A stretch of 64,000 nucleotides of DNA, from NCBI GenBank assembly GCA_001823535.1, contig MHUT01000006.1:27631-91630 (forward strand), given 5' to 3'. The DNA is from Candidatus Yonathbacteria bacterium RIFCSPHIGHO2_02_FULL_44_14. Lineage in GTDB: Bacteria > Patescibacteriota > Minisyncoccia > Phycocordibacterales > UBA1550. A model generated the notes under the pieces. It was not told the origin of the DNA, made no database searches, and saw only the letters and a program-made list of their open reading frames with translations. Positions 34,001-47,687 of this stretch are shown here, in pieces; the stretch's first letter is position 1, and each line of letters opens with the position of its first letter. Made by a program: the position numbers and the translations under genes.

Positions 34001-36598
34001 CTATTTTCTTTTAAGCACCTTTTTCAGGTACTTACCCGTGTGAGAAAGTGGGCTTGCGGCAATCTGCTCGGGAGTGCCTCGAGCGACGATTTGCCCTCCG
34101 CCCTCCCCCCCCTCGGGACCGATGTCTATAACATAATCCGCACTCTTGATAACATCCATGTTGTGCTCTATGAGAACCACGCTGTTTCCTTTGTCTACGA
34201 GTTTTTGCAAAATCTCGATAAGCTTGCGCACATCTTCGTAGTGAAGACCTACTGTCGGTTCATCAAGAAGATAGATTGTTTTTTCAGTATTTGGACGATA
34301 GAGTTCAGATGATATTTTGACACGCTGAGCCTCACCACCCGAGAGTGTTGTTGCTGATTGCCCGAGCTTCAAATATCCCAGCCCAACGTCATTCAATGTT
34401 TTTAATCGATCATAGATCGCAGGAATATCTACAAAAAAATCAATCGCCTCTTCCACTGTCATTTCAAGCACTTCATAGATATTTTTCTTTTTGTACCTTA
34501 CTTCAAGGGTATCCTTTTCAAAACGTTTACCGCGACATACATCGCAAGTAACGTACACTGTCGGCAGGAAATGCATCTCAACCGCGATAGTACCGTTGCC
34601 TTGGCAGGTTTCGCAACGGCCACCCTTTACATTAAATGAAAACCGCCCCGGGCCCCATCCGCGCAAACGCGCCTCAACTGTTTCGGAAAACAAGTCGCGT
34701 ATAAACGTGAACGAACCGGTGTATGTTGCAGGGTTTGAGCGTGGTGTGCGACCGATAGCAGACTGGTCGATGAGTACCGTGCGCGCAAGATATTCTGTAC
34801 CCGTAAAACTCTCACAATTAAAAATATCATTCGTGCGATATTTATATTCCAGGCGTGCTTGAAGATTTTTGTGAATAAGTTCGTACATGAATGTCGATTT
34901 TCCAGAGCCTGAGACTCCCGTAATCGCCACGAGCTTGCCGAGCGGAATATCAGCATTCAGTCGTTTGATGTTAAAAATTGTGCCTTCGCGGATACGAAGA
35001 TGCCCTCTGTCGGTTTCGCGTCTTTTTGGAATAGGCACAGAAACATCGCCGCGCAAATAGTCGAGCGTGAGTGATTTATATTTTTTTGGATTGGTGATAA
35101 GTTCGTCGAGATCTCCGGAAACCACGATGTTCCCCCCATGAACACCTGCACCGGGACCTATGTCAACCATATAGTCTGCTGCAAAGATGGTGTCCTCGTC
35201 GTGTTCAACCACAATGATTGTATTCCCGATATCACGAAGCTCTTTTAATGTTTTAATGAGACGGTCGTTGTCCCTCTGGTGAAGACCAATAGTCGGCTCA
35301 TCGAGCACATAAAGGGCACCAACGAGACGCGAGCCAAGCTGAGATGCGAGCCGAATACGCTGGCCTTCTCCGCCAGAAAGTGTGCCCGCGCGACGGCTGA
35401 GAGTTAGGTAATTCAAACCCACTTCAAGCATAAAAGAAAGACGATTTTGGATCTCTTTTACAACGGGAACCGAGATATCTTTGTCACGAGGAGAAATTTT
35501 TAAGGTCGAAAAAAAGTCAGCTGCTTCTTGGATTGACATATTTACCAATTCAACAATGTTTTTTCCACTCACAAATACATTAAGAGCTTCTTTCCGAAGG
35601 CGCGCGCCATTACAGTCGGGACAATTTTCTTTACCAAAAAAATGCTTTGTGCCAAGTCCGTTACAAAGTTCGCATGCACCATATGGTGAATTGAAAGAAA
35701 ATAATCGCGGCTCGATTTCAGGATATGAAAAGCCATCGTTTGGGCAGGCGAAACGATTGGACATTATAAAATCCTTACCGTCATTTTTTGAATCAGCTGA
35801 TTCGGGGCTTGGTCCGGAACTTTTTTTAGTGAATACGATACGAACAAGACTCTGTGATTCGTCGAGCGCTTTTTCAACTGCTTCACCAAGGCGTTCTCGG
35901 CCCTTTTCTTTACCTTTGAAGTCAGAGAGCAGAATTTCGTCAACAAGTACATCAATTTCGTGTTTTTTTGTTTTTGAAAGCTCAATCTTCTCACGGAGAT
36001 TTTTTAGAGCACCATCAATCCGCACCATGAGGTATCCACGACCGAGGAGATCGTAGAGCAACTGGTAGTATTCGCCTTTGCGTCCTCGTACAAGCGGTGC
36101 AAAAATACGAATAGATGTTGCTTTTTTCCCTGCATCACCTTTTACTTCGTCCATGATGAAATTTAGTATTTCTTCATTACCGAGACGCTTGATTTCAGTA
36201 CCGCAAACGAGACAGTGTGGCTTACCGATGCGCGCATAGAGCACCCGCAAGTAGTCGTATACTTCAGTGATAGTAGCCACTGTCGAGCGAGGGTTTGACG
36301 AGTGTGATTTTTGATCAATGGAAATAGACGGGGAAAGACCAGTGATCTCATCAACGTCAGGCTTCTGCATTTGGTTCAAAAACTGTCGCGCATACGCCGA
36401 GAGTGATTCAACGTAGCGTCTTTGACCTTCTGCGAAGATAGTGTCAAAAGCAAGCGAGGACTTCCCAGACCCAGAGAGTCCGGTAAATACAATCATTTTA
36501 TCGCGGGGCATTTCTACGCTGATGTTTTTGAGATTGTGGGTACGTGCGCCGCGTACAGTGATTTTATCGAGATGTTTCTGTTTTTTAATTTCTGCCAT
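34001..36598 (-). CDS. uvrA: Excinuclease ABC subunit A. Start reassigned to the MAEIKK ATG at 36598.
   Basis: Two ABC cassettes ([24 protein letters not shown]), LSGGE signature twice, zinc-finger Cys pairs. Confidence 0.9.
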   Translation of the reverse strand: MAEIKKQKHLDKITVRGARTHNLKNISVEMPRDKMIVFTGLSGSGKSSLAFDTIFAEGQRRYVESLSAYARQFLNQMQKPDVDEITGLSPSISIDQKSHSSNPRSTVATITEVYDYLRVLYARIGKPHCLVCGTEIKRLGNEEILNFIMDEVKGDAGKKATSIRIFAPLVRGRKGEYYQLLYDLLGRGYLMVRIDGALKNLREKIELSKTKKHEIDVLVDEILLSDFKGKEKGRERLGEAVEKALDESQSLVRIVFTKKSSGPSPESADSKNDGKDFIMSNRFACPNDGFSYPEIEPRLFSFNSPYGACELCNGLGTKHFFGKENCPDCNGARLRKEALNVFVSGKNIVELVNMSIQEAADFFSTLKISPRDKDISVPVVKEIQNRLSFMLEVGLNYLTLSRRAGTLSGGEGQRIRLASQLGSRLVGALYVLDEPTIGLHQRDNDRLIKTLKELRDIGNTIIVVEHDEDTIFAADYMVDIGPGAGVHGGNIVVSGDLDELITNPKKYKSLTLDYLRGDVSVPIPKRRETDRGHLRIREGTIFNIKRLNADIPLGKLVAITGVSGSGKSTFMYELIHKNLQARLEYKYRTNDIFNCESFTGTEYLARTVLIDQSAIGRTPRSNPATYTGSFTFIRDLFSETVEARLRGWGPGRFSFNVKGGRCETCQGNGTIAVEMHFLPTVYVTCDVCRGKRFEKDTLEVRYKKKNIYEVLEMTVEEAIDFFVDIPAIYDRLKTLNDVGLGYLKLGQSATTLSGGEAQRVKISSELYRPNTEKTIYLLDEPTVGLHYEDVRKLIEILQKLVDKGNSVVLIEHNMDVIKSADYVIDIGPEGGEGGGQIVARGTPEQIAASPLSHTGKYLKKVLKRK

Positions 36599-36654
36599 TG
36601 GATGCATAGAGTAACACACATTTACTCATTTGACCACCGCTGTTAGTTATAATT

Positions 36655-40057
<3,403 letters not shown>

Positions 40058-40059
40058 TC

Positions 40060-40605
40060 ATGCGGACATTCGAGATTATTGCAGCAGTAGCAAACGGAAA
40101 CGTGATTGGATATCAAGGGGAAATGCCATGGGGTCGTCTACCAAACGACCTCAAACATTTTGAGAGTCTCACCATGGGACATTCAGTCGTAATTGGTTTC
40201 AATACTTTGCTGGCCATTGGCAAAATGGCTAACCGCAGAACAAAATTGCTTCCAGGTCGTAAGATTTACGTTTTAACGCGTAATCCAAACAAATTAACTC
40301 AGTTTCCGGATTGCTTCTGGCTTCCAGGAGTTAGGGAGGCTTCGTTGATAAATGACAGGGGACGCGTTTTTGTTGCTGGCGGACAGGATATCTATCATCA
40401 ATTCATAGATCATCCGCAAACGCGGATCATCCACATAACGCGTATCTTTGCAAATTACCACGGCGATACTTTCTTCCCAATTTTGCAGAACGATGCGTGG
40501 CAAATAGAAAAGTATGATGTTTGCCGTGCGGATGACAGAAACAAGCATGAGATTGGGTTTATTACCAAGTCTCGAACGAGACCTCATCAATATGAAATGA
40601 CATAA
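40060..40605 (+). CDS. folA: Dihydrofolate reductase
   Basis: GYQGEMPWGRLPNDLKHF, VVIGFNT, LPGRKIYVLTR, VAGGQDIYHQF, GDTFFP follow the DHFR pattern. Confidence 0.75.
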   Translation: MRTFEIIAAVANGNVIGYQGEMPWGRLPNDLKHFESLTMGHSVVIGFNTLLAIGKMANRRTKLLPGRKIYVLTRNPNKLTQFPDCFWLPGVREASLINDRGRVFVAGGQDIYHQFIDHPQTRIIHITRIFANYHGDTFFPILQNDAWQIEKYDVCRADDRNKHEIGFITKSRTRPHQYEMT

Positions 40606-40672
40606 TTCGTTCCGTTTGATTAATAAAAAGCCCTATTCACGTAGGGCTTTTCTTCTGCAAGTAGAACATGTG

Positions 40673-41812
40673 TTACTCGCGAATTGTGTTTTTAACAACA
40701 CCGACTACGCCTTTATCAAACTGAGCTGGAAGAAGTTGGTCTGGCTTAGGGTCGACCACATATTGTGCAAGAGCCTCTGCAGCGCGAATGAACATTTCTT
40801 CGTTAAATTGTTTAATTCGATGGTCGAGTGCTCCACGGAAAATACCGGGGAACGCGAGCGAGTTGTTAATTTGGTTCGGAAAATCCGAGCGACCCGTTGC
40901 GACAACAAACGCTCCTGCTTCTTTTGCCACATCAGGCATAATTTCGGGGATTGGATTTGCGAGCGCAAAAATAATCGGACGCTCTGCCATAGTACATACC
41001 ATTTCGGAGGTAAGGAGTCCACCTTTTGAAACGCCGATAAAAATATCTGCATCATGGAGGACCTCGGCGAGTGTTCCCATTTTTTTGTCAGTATTGGTCA
41101 TGCGCGCAAGCGTTTCCTTTTCGGTATTTAAATCAGCTCGTCCTGCAAAGATTGCGCCCTTTGTGTCGCAAATCACAAAATGTTTGAATCCGTATGCAAG
41201 AAGAAGCTTAGTGATTGCAGTGCCTGCCGCTCCCGCTCCACTCATTACCACTTGCACCTCTTCTTTTTTACTTCCACGAAGTTTAAGCGCGTTAATAAGA
41301 CCCGCAAGTACCACCGTAGCGGTGCCATGCTGGTCATCGTGCATTATTGGAATAGGAAGTTCTGCGCGCAGACGTTCCTCTATTTCGAAACATCGTGGAG
41401 CAGAAATATCCTCCAAGTTGATGCCGCCGAATACCGGCGCAATATTTTTTACCAACGCGATAATCTCTTCCACATCCTGCGTATTCACACAAATTGGAAA
41501 CGCATCAATCCCTGCAAATTCTTTAAAAATCGCCGCTTTACCCTCCATGACAGGGATAGCTGCATGTGCACCAAGGTTGCCGAGTCCGAGTATTGCTGAG
41601 CCGTCAGAAACAATAGCAACGGTGTTCCCTTTAATGGTGTATTCGTAAGCAAGGTCGGCATCCCGCCCAATTTCGCGCGAGACCTCAGCAACCCCGGGAG
41701 TATATGCTAGCGAAAGTTCCGCACGACTTGTGAGCGGAACTTTAGTAACTATTTCGATTTTTCCGTGATGCTTTTTATGAAGCTCTAGGGATTGTTTATA
41801 TACATCATCCAT
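40673..41812 (-). CDS. NAD(P)-dependent malic enzyme (short ~380-aa form)
   Basis: LAYTPGVAEVS and GAGAAGTAITKLL Rossmann motif. Confidence 0.8.
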   Translation of the reverse strand: MDDVYKQSLELHKKHHGKIEIVTKVPLTSRAELSLAYTPGVAEVSREIGRDADLAYEYTIKGNTVAIVSDGSAILGLGNLGAHAAIPVMEGKAAIFKEFAGIDAFPICVNTQDVEEIIALVKNIAPVFGGINLEDISAPRCFEIEERLRAELPIPIMHDDQHGTATVVLAGLINALKLRGSKKEEVQVVMSGAGAAGTAITKLLLAYGFKHFVICDTKGAIFAGRADLNTEKETLARMTNTDKKMGTLAEVLHDADIFIGVSKGGLLTSEMVCTMAERPIIFALANPIPEIMPDVAKEAGAFVVATGRSDFPNQINNSLAFPGIFRGALDHRIKQFNEEMFIRAAEALAQYVVDPKPDQLLPAQFDKGVVGVVKNTIRE

Positions 41813-41817
41813 GGATT

Positions 41818-42675
41818 CTAGTAATGAGTGCGCGCGTACGCGAGTGAACCATAAAGTCCGCCAAAATCGCCGAGTTCTGCTTTTTCAATGAGAGGCAATT
41901 TTGGAAATATTTTTAGAATTTCGGCGAGGTATTTACGAACAGCATCAATTGGGATACCGACTTCTTTCATCATGGACCCGCCGATTACAACGACATCAGG
42001 TGACCAGTGCACAATGGTGTTATTTAATCCGTATGCGAGAAATTTTGCGAGCTCGTCCCATATTACGTCATCATGAATCTCATACGGTTTTAAACCGAAA
42101 CGTTTTTCAATAGAGGTTCCTGACACGTAAGCCTCAAGGTCGTTCCCCTCGCAAGTTGGGCAAAGCGTATTATCAGGATCAATAATTTGATGCCCCGGTT
42201 CAAAACCGATGGATGTTTCGTCTATTTTGCCATCAACAATACGCACCCCTCCCACACCCGTGCTCACTGTTATGTATGCGACAATAGATTTGCCTCGTCC
42301 TGCACCAAAATGTGCCTCTCCAAGACCAACAAGTGCTGAGTCATTCTCAAGCACTACTGGAACATTGTATGTCGTGTGTAGCGCATTTTTAATATCGCGC
42401 CCAACCCATCCGCTCAAGTTGGGGCTTTTTACGAGCATAGTTTTTCGTTCATCAAGTGGTCCGGCGATACCGCCAACAATTGCAGTTACGGCACGACCCT
42501 GATCCGTGAGCCCACCAGCAATATTGTCGATAATACGCTTTAAAGTATCGATCCCACTGTCAAAGTCTTTAGGTGTTGAAACCACAACAGGTTCGCCGAG
42601 GAGTTTTTCATAATCCGCGGCAACTACACGCATTTTTGTCCCGCCAATATCAAATAATATAAACATACTGCCCAT
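41818..42675 (-). CDS. ROK-family sugar kinase (glucokinase-like)
   Basis: N-terminal DIGGTKMRV; GVGGVRIVDG; partial Zn motif CPTCEGND. Confidence 0.6.
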   Translation of the reverse strand: MGSMFILFDIGGTKMRVVAADYEKLLGEPVVVSTPKDFDSGIDTLKRIIDNIAGGLTDQGRAVTAIVGGIAGPLDERKTMLVKSPNLSGWVGRDIKNALHTTYNVPVVLENDSALVGLGEAHFGAGRGKSIVAYITVSTGVGGVRIVDGKIDETSIGFEPGHQIIDPDNTLCPTCEGNDLEAYVSGTSIEKRFGLKPYEIHDDVIWDELAKFLAYGLNNTIVHWSPDVVVIGGSMMKEVGIPIDAVRKYLAEILKIFPKLPLIEKAELGDFGGLYGSLAYARTHY

Positions 42676-42714
42676 TGTAGCAGACAGAACACAAAAAGTA
42701 AAAACCTAGGAACT

Positions 42715-44724
42715 CTATTTTTCTTGATACAACGGGTTGCACCTAAGGCAAATCCCCAGTTCAACCAGTTTATTGAGGTATTTTATAACAGTCATAATGT
42801 ATTCTGAATGGCTCCACGTAAGCGGTGTTGCCGAAAGTGGTTCTCCGCTGTATGGATGCAGTTGTTCAGAAAATACTCCAGATTGAGTAGTGTGTCTTAC
42901 CGCCCATTCGAGCCATTGGTGAACCGGCGCAAAATCAGATTCTTTTTTTGCGCGCGCAATGTAGTACTGTGCGAGCCAAAGAGTGGTTATGATCCATGGG
43001 TTTCCAGGCACGCCCGTTGCGTCGCGGAAATAGAGATCCCCTTCGTACCTCGCAACACCGCCAACAGCTGTCTTTAATAAAATGCGGTCCTCAACTTGTT
43101 TTATTGCGCGGGCGAGACGCGGGTCATCGATATCAAGAATACCAAAAGCAAAAACGCCATACACGCTGGACATATCAAGGGTGCGGTCAGAAGTAATCGT
43201 TCCGTCTTCTGACACGTTAATCATTTTTATAAATGTTCCAGTCTCTTCGTCGTATAAAAAATTGAGTATTGATTGGCGAATTTCAAATGCGGCAGTTGTA
43301 TAGATATGCTCGCTTTTCTCTTTTCCTAAAAGCTTTGCAAATTTCGCGGCAACCATAAGTGCCTGGTACACCGATGCTGATGTAAATGTGTGAATACCGA
43401 ACTTCTCTTCCCAGAGATCATAGGAGGCTTTTGGAAGCCGAGTTTTTGGATCGCGGTATCCGACCATAAAATCCGCTGCGCGCTTTACGAGCGTATTATA
43501 AATTTTTTCAATGAACTCAATATCCTTCGATTGCGTATAATGATGCCAAAGCGCAATAAGCACCAAGGCCGTTTCATCTTCTTGTATTGGAAGCTCTATT
43601 TTGCCATTCCTCATCCACGGATGCCATGAACTACCAAGGGACTCGTCAGAGCGGTATTTATGCATAAAGTACCCATCGTCTGTTATAACGTGCTCGCAGA
43701 AATCAAAAAAACGTTCCGCGACATTAAAATCTCCAACCATGTCAAATGCCATCGCTGAAAATGCGCCATCACGCGGCCACATGTAGCTGTACGTGTCACG
43801 ACCGTTTTGGAGCATGTCAGAATCCGCTGATGCGATAATCGCGCCTCGATTGTCGGCGTGCGTACGAATAGTGAAGACAGATCTTTTAAATAGCGAGATT
43901 TCATCCTGCGTAAGTCCATAAAATGAAAAATTGTATTTATTTACCCATGCATGCCAATAATCGCGAGTTGTCCTAAGTAGATGCCCTGGGTTTTTTTCAA
44001 GGGTGTACGCATTAAGATCCAGTGCCTCCTTTATAGATTCCGCAGCAGCGACCCAATAGTAAAAAGTTTTTGATTCGTGGGGCGCGATGTCGAGATAAAA
44101 CCCAACAACGGAATCCGACGGACCATGCTCTATCAAGTTTTTTGAAAGAACTCCATCCTCAGCATCTTTGAAGCTTCCCTCTTTGCCCTCTATTTTAAAT
44201 ATCCCCGCGGTGTAGTCGTCAAAACTCCCTTTTTCCGAAAGGCCATTGATGAGGAATACGCGCTTTCCGTTGTAGTGAATGACCACGTGATTTATAGGGT
44301 CAAAATACGCCGTATCTCCACGGTGAGATTCATACATCTCAAACTCATGTCCAAAGAAAAGTTTGATTGTGCGCTCTCGGTCAGAGTCGTTGGTAACTTT
44401 TACCTCCCGAAGAAAAATGTTTTTTTCATTGTATACGATGTCAGAAAAATTGAGCGTAACTCCGAGCACATTGTTTTTTGCTGTTGTTTCACCGAGGAGT
44501 GATTGATCAGAAGATCGGATATGTATGTCCCAGTTTGAGTGGTCAAACCAATTGAGCTGATAGTCCGCAAATACGCCGACACGATGCGTGTAGTGTCCAC
44601 CGACGTGATTTTCAAGCCCAACATACGGAAAATAAAAATCACGCACCTGCGCGCGCTTATCCGTGCAGACGAGAATATTTCCATTACCGAGTGAAAGGGA
44701 CTTAGGCATACGTAAAGTATACAA
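42715..44724 (-). CDS. Glycoside hydrolase family 15 (glucoamylase/glucodextranase-like), archaeal-type
   Basis: N-terminal beta-sandwich plus (alpha/alpha)6 barrel with MWPRDGAFSAMAF. Confidence 0.7.
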   Translation of the reverse strand: MYTLRMPKSLSLGNGNILVCTDKRAQVRDFYFPYVGLENHVGGHYTHRVGVFADYQLNWFDHSNWDIHIRSSDQSLLGETTAKNNVLGVTLNFSDIVYNEKNIFLREVKVTNDSDRERTIKLFFGHEFEMYESHRGDTAYFDPINHVVIHYNGKRVFLINGLSEKGSFDDYTAGIFKIEGKEGSFKDAEDGVLSKNLIEHGPSDSVVGFYLDIAPHESKTFYYWVAAAESIKEALDLNAYTLEKNPGHLLRTTRDYWHAWVNKYNFSFYGLTQDEISLFKRSVFTIRTHADNRGAIIASADSDMLQNGRDTYSYMWPRDGAFSAMAFDMVGDFNVAERFFDFCEHVITDDGYFMHKYRSDESLGSSWHPWMRNGKIELPIQEDETALVLIALWHHYTQSKDIEFIEKIYNTLVKRAADFMVGYRDPKTRLPKASYDLWEEKFGIHTFTSASVYQALMVAAKFAKLLGKEKSEHIYTTAAFEIRQSILNFLYDEETGTFIKMINVSEDGTITSDRTLDMSSVYGVFAFGILDIDDPRLARAIKQVEDRILLKTAVGGVARYEGDLYFRDATGVPGNPWIITTLWLAQYYIARAKKESDFAPVHQWLEWAVRHTTQSGVFSEQLHPYSGEPLSATPLTWSHSEYIMTVIKYLNKLVELGICLRCNPLYQEK

Positions 44725-44777
44725 GTAAGTCGTATTAAAAACAATTTGATACAGAGGCTTTGTTGTTGAAAACTAAA

Positions 44778-46013
44778 TTATAACAGCTCTCTCACCTTAA
44801 TCTTTTTGGCATGCAGAGGATGTGCAACGACACGGAGACGGAGATCCTGCAGCGCGTTCATATATGCAATGAATGCTTCATACGGAGTACTGTAAGGGTT
44901 GAAATATTTATGCACGTCACCATCATTGAACCATTTGGTGCACATATAGTAGAAGTGATCCGAGGTCTGGAGTCTGCGCCAGTCGCTAATGAGCCTCTCG
45001 TCATTTGTGGCGAGAACTTCCTCTTCGAGTTTATACACGCTCTGTATTGCATCGTGTTGCATCGGGTTTGAGAGCCATGCGGAAAGATCGCGCTCAACAT
45101 CCGCCCATGACATATAGTTATGCACATCGAGTTCGGATACTGGCTCGTAACGCTCGATAGCCTCGCTCGGTGTTACAAAGTCATTATCAGGGTGTTTGTA
45201 GATCTCCTCAGGCAAGTGACGCAGAAAGTTGAATATTCCTGTGTCTTCCCATTGGTGCTCTCCAAACGTCTCGTAATCCATGAAAAGGTTGATGACATGC
45301 CCATTGCCGTTTACTTGTGATGCCCAGTTTGCAAACTTTGGCGCAGTCAAAGGAAAGTCAGCCCAGTCTTTCGATGAAAAACGAAAAGCTATGTCGTCTG
45401 AAAGGCGATAGTTTTTGAGAAGAAGTTTGATATTCTCGGTTCCTTGAGGACGATATAAAAAGTTGGGACTTTTCCATCCAAGGACATGATCCGCGCCTTC
45501 CGCGATGATGCCTTTGTATCCCATTTTCTCCACTTCGTGCGCGAGCGCATTGTTGTAAATGAGCTCTGTGTTACGAAAAACCGTCGGCGTTACACCAAAA
45601 AGCTCCTGTATTTTTTCCTGGTGCATTTTTACCTGCCGGCGGAACTCTTCGGGTGAATACAAAAAAGAAAGCGAGTGATAGTATGTTTCTTCAAGCACTT
45701 CCGCGCGACCTGTTGCCACAAGCCTCTGAAAAGACTCGAGTGTCTCGGGGCTGAACTCTTGAAGCTGGTCGAGAAATACTCCAGAAAATGAAAAACTGAT
45801 TTTAAATTCAGGATGCTTGTTCAATAACTCAAGCATAACCGCATTCGCAGGCAAGTAGCACTTCCCCGCCACCTTATTGAGAATTTTTTTGTTATTGATT
45901 GAGCGGTCCGAGTCATCATTGAAATACTCGCTATCATTTCCAATGTCAAACACGCGATAATCTTTCACGCGGAACGGTTGATGCACTTGAAAATAAAAAC
46001 AAATTGATGCCAT
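44778..46013 (-). CDS. Glycoside hydrolase family 57 protein
   Basis: N-terminal FYFQVHQPFR and overall GH57 layout. Family-level call only. Confidence 0.6.
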   Translation of the reverse strand: MASICFYFQVHQPFRVKDYRVFDIGNDSEYFNDDSDRSINNKKILNKVAGKCYLPANAVMLELLNKHPEFKISFSFSGVFLDQLQEFSPETLESFQRLVATGRAEVLEETYYHSLSFLYSPEEFRRQVKMHQEKIQELFGVTPTVFRNTELIYNNALAHEVEKMGYKGIIAEGADHVLGWKSPNFLYRPQGTENIKLLLKNYRLSDDIAFRFSSKDWADFPLTAPKFANWASQVNGNGHVINLFMDYETFGEHQWEDTGIFNFLRHLPEEIYKHPDNDFVTPSEAIERYEPVSELDVHNYMSWADVERDLSAWLSNPMQHDAIQSVYKLEEEVLATNDERLISDWRRLQTSDHFYYMCTKWFNDGDVHKYFNPYSTPYEAFIAYMNALQDLRLRVVAHPLHAKKIKVRELL

Positions 46014-46038
46014 AGGTTGTTAGTATACCAGAGTTTGA

Positions 46039-47271
46039 TTAAATATAGCGAGTTTCCTGTGTTGCTCCGCATTGGCAAATGATTTTTTCATAGTAATCAA
46101 TGCACTTTTTGCTTGCGGCGTCCCATGTGACTTTTTTTACCTCCTCACGGCTGTTGCCCCAGAGGGTCTGCCAGAGCGAGCGATGTGAGATAACGCCAAG
46201 AATTTTGTTTGCCATATCTTCTGTATCCCAAAAATCTGTTTTGAGTGCATGAACCAGTACCTCAGCTACGCCTGACTGTTTTGAAATGAGTACCGGTGCT
46301 CCTGCTATAATCGATTCGAGTGGGGTGATGCCAAATGGCTCCGACACGGACGGCATCACAAAGAGGTCTGCTATATTATACACTGCAGTCAGGTCATCTC
46401 CGCGAAGGAATCCTGCAAAGATTACGTGGTCCGAGATACCCAATGACGCCGCCTCAAGCATCATCTGTCTTTCCATGTCGCCGGAGCCAGCCACAATAAA
46501 GAGAACATTCGGGTTCACTTCGAGTACGCGTTTTGCCGCTCGAATAAAATACTCAGGACCTTTTTGAATAGTAATGCGTCCAACGAAAAGTACAATCTTC
46601 TGCCCGGCTTTTTTTAGTTCAGAAAGTTTAGCGGGAACATTCACGTAGTCGCATTCGTCGATGCCGTTATGTACAACCTGGATTTTAGATGCTGGAATAC
46701 CATAATGCTCTACAATTTTGCCCTTTGTAAAATCTGAGACCGCGATGATACCGTCGGCATACTGCATACTTTCTCTCTCAATATTGTAAACGTCCTGATT
46801 TACCCCCTGCCCGCCTGTGCGGTCAAACTCGGTTGCATGCATATGAAGAATGAGGGGCTTCCCAGAGATTTTTTTTGCCTCAATTCCCGCAAGAAAAGAA
46901 AGCCAATCGTGCGCATGGATGACATCGAAATGTTCTTTCTTTGCAATATCTCGAGCGCGGAGCGCATAGCGACGAACTTCTTGCATGAGAGTGTCACCGT
47001 AGATATCCGAAATCATCTTGTCTCGCTCGCGAACATAGCTGTCCGAGGTGACATATGGTCTCAACGTTGTCTCAATCTCATGGAACTTTACGCGGCGCTC
47101 GTCAGCAAAAAGAATATTCATAAATGAAGCGGAGACGCCAACCTTTTTGGGAAGCACAAAGAGTACCTCGATTTTTCTCCCTGCGAGTGCGCGTGTAAGA
47201 CCGAAACATGCAGTACCAAGACCCCCACTGTTGTGGGGAGGAAATTCCCATCCGAACATAAGTACGCGCAT
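46039..47271 (-). CDS. Glycogen-synthase-like GT-B glycosyltransferase. Start reassigned to ATG 47271.
   Basis: MRVLMFGWEFPPHNSGGLGTA and C-terminal EPFGITPLESIIAGAPVL. Confidence 0.7.
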   Translation of the reverse strand: MRVLMFGWEFPPHNSGGLGTACFGLTRALAGRKIEVLFVLPKKVGVSASFMNILFADERRVKFHEIETTLRPYVTSDSYVRERDKMISDIYGDTLMQEVRRYALRARDIAKKEHFDVIHAHDWLSFLAGIEAKKISGKPLILHMHATEFDRTGGQGVNQDVYNIERESMQYADGIIAVSDFTKGKIVEHYGIPASKIQVVHNGIDECDYVNVPAKLSELKKAGQKIVLFVGRITIQKGPEYFIRAAKRVLEVNPNVLFIVAGSGDMERQMMLEAASLGISDHVIFAGFLRGDDLTAVYNIADLFVMPSVSEPFGITPLESIIAGAPVLISKQSGVAEVLVHALKTDFWDTEDMANKILGVISHRSLWQTLWGNSREEVKKVTWDAASKKCIDYYEKIICQCGATQETRYI

Positions 47272-47459
47272 ATATTTTTTTAAAAAGCTTGCGCTTATTG
47301 TAACACGATTAAAAAAATAAAAATGCACAAATATACTGTGGATAAGTAGCTCAAGAGATTTATTGTACTAATGTGCCAGACAATTACTAAAAATACCCAC
47401 ATGCTGAACAATCACGTCTATAATTTACTCCTTCAAGCTACACAGAAACACAAGAGCTC

Positions 47460-47591
47460 ATGGCGTATAAAGAATGCATACAAGAAGACGCTTATGGCTA
47501 CGAAGGATGCAGAACATTTTGGGAAAATATGAAAAAAGATAAAGAAGGTCATATCGCAGAGCTCAAGATAATGATTAAGAAACCATTGTAG
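47460..47591 (+). CDS. Candidate small ORF (43 codons) ending just before a strong terminator
   Basis: atg...tag frame MAYKECIQEDAYGYEGCRTFWENMKKDKEGHIAELKIMIKKPL. Weak RBS. Confidence 0.3.
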   Translation: MAYKECIQEDAYGYEGCRTFWENMKKDKEGHIAELKIMIKKPL

Positions 47592-47606
47592 TTTAGATAG
47601 ATTACT

Positions 47607-47656
47607 CAAGGCAGAGAAAACCCTGTAGCTGCCGGGTTTTCTCTGCCTTGATTTTT
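47607..47656 (+). terminator. Strong intrinsic terminator (16-bp stem)
   Basis: aaggcagagaaaaccc-tgtagctgcc-gggttttctctgcctt followed by gatttttg. Confidence 0.8.
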
Positions 47657-47676
47657 GTATTAAACTGTGATATAAT
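47648..47676 (+). promoter_or_regulatory. Sigma70-like promoter TTGATT-17 nt-TATAAT for the pseudouridine synthase gene
   Basis: ttgatt at 47648-53 overlapping the terminator stem; tataat at 47671-76. Confidence 0.5.
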
Positions 47677-47687
47677 TGCACTTACCT

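Noticed and set aside
35481-36056. 191-aa plus-strand ORF inside uvrA
   Set aside because: Antisense to uvrA, R/S/P-rich low complexity, and no start context.
40616-41648. Plus-strand ORFs (137 aa and 286 aa) antisense to the malic enzyme gene
   Set aside because: They are fully embedded antisense within a well-supported conserved enzyme gene and are low-complexity S/A/P-rich. This is a typical antisense artefact.
47433-47681. 82-aa minus-strand ORF
   Set aside because: It runs straight through the 16-bp-stem terminator and the promoter of the next gene. The composition looks non-coding.
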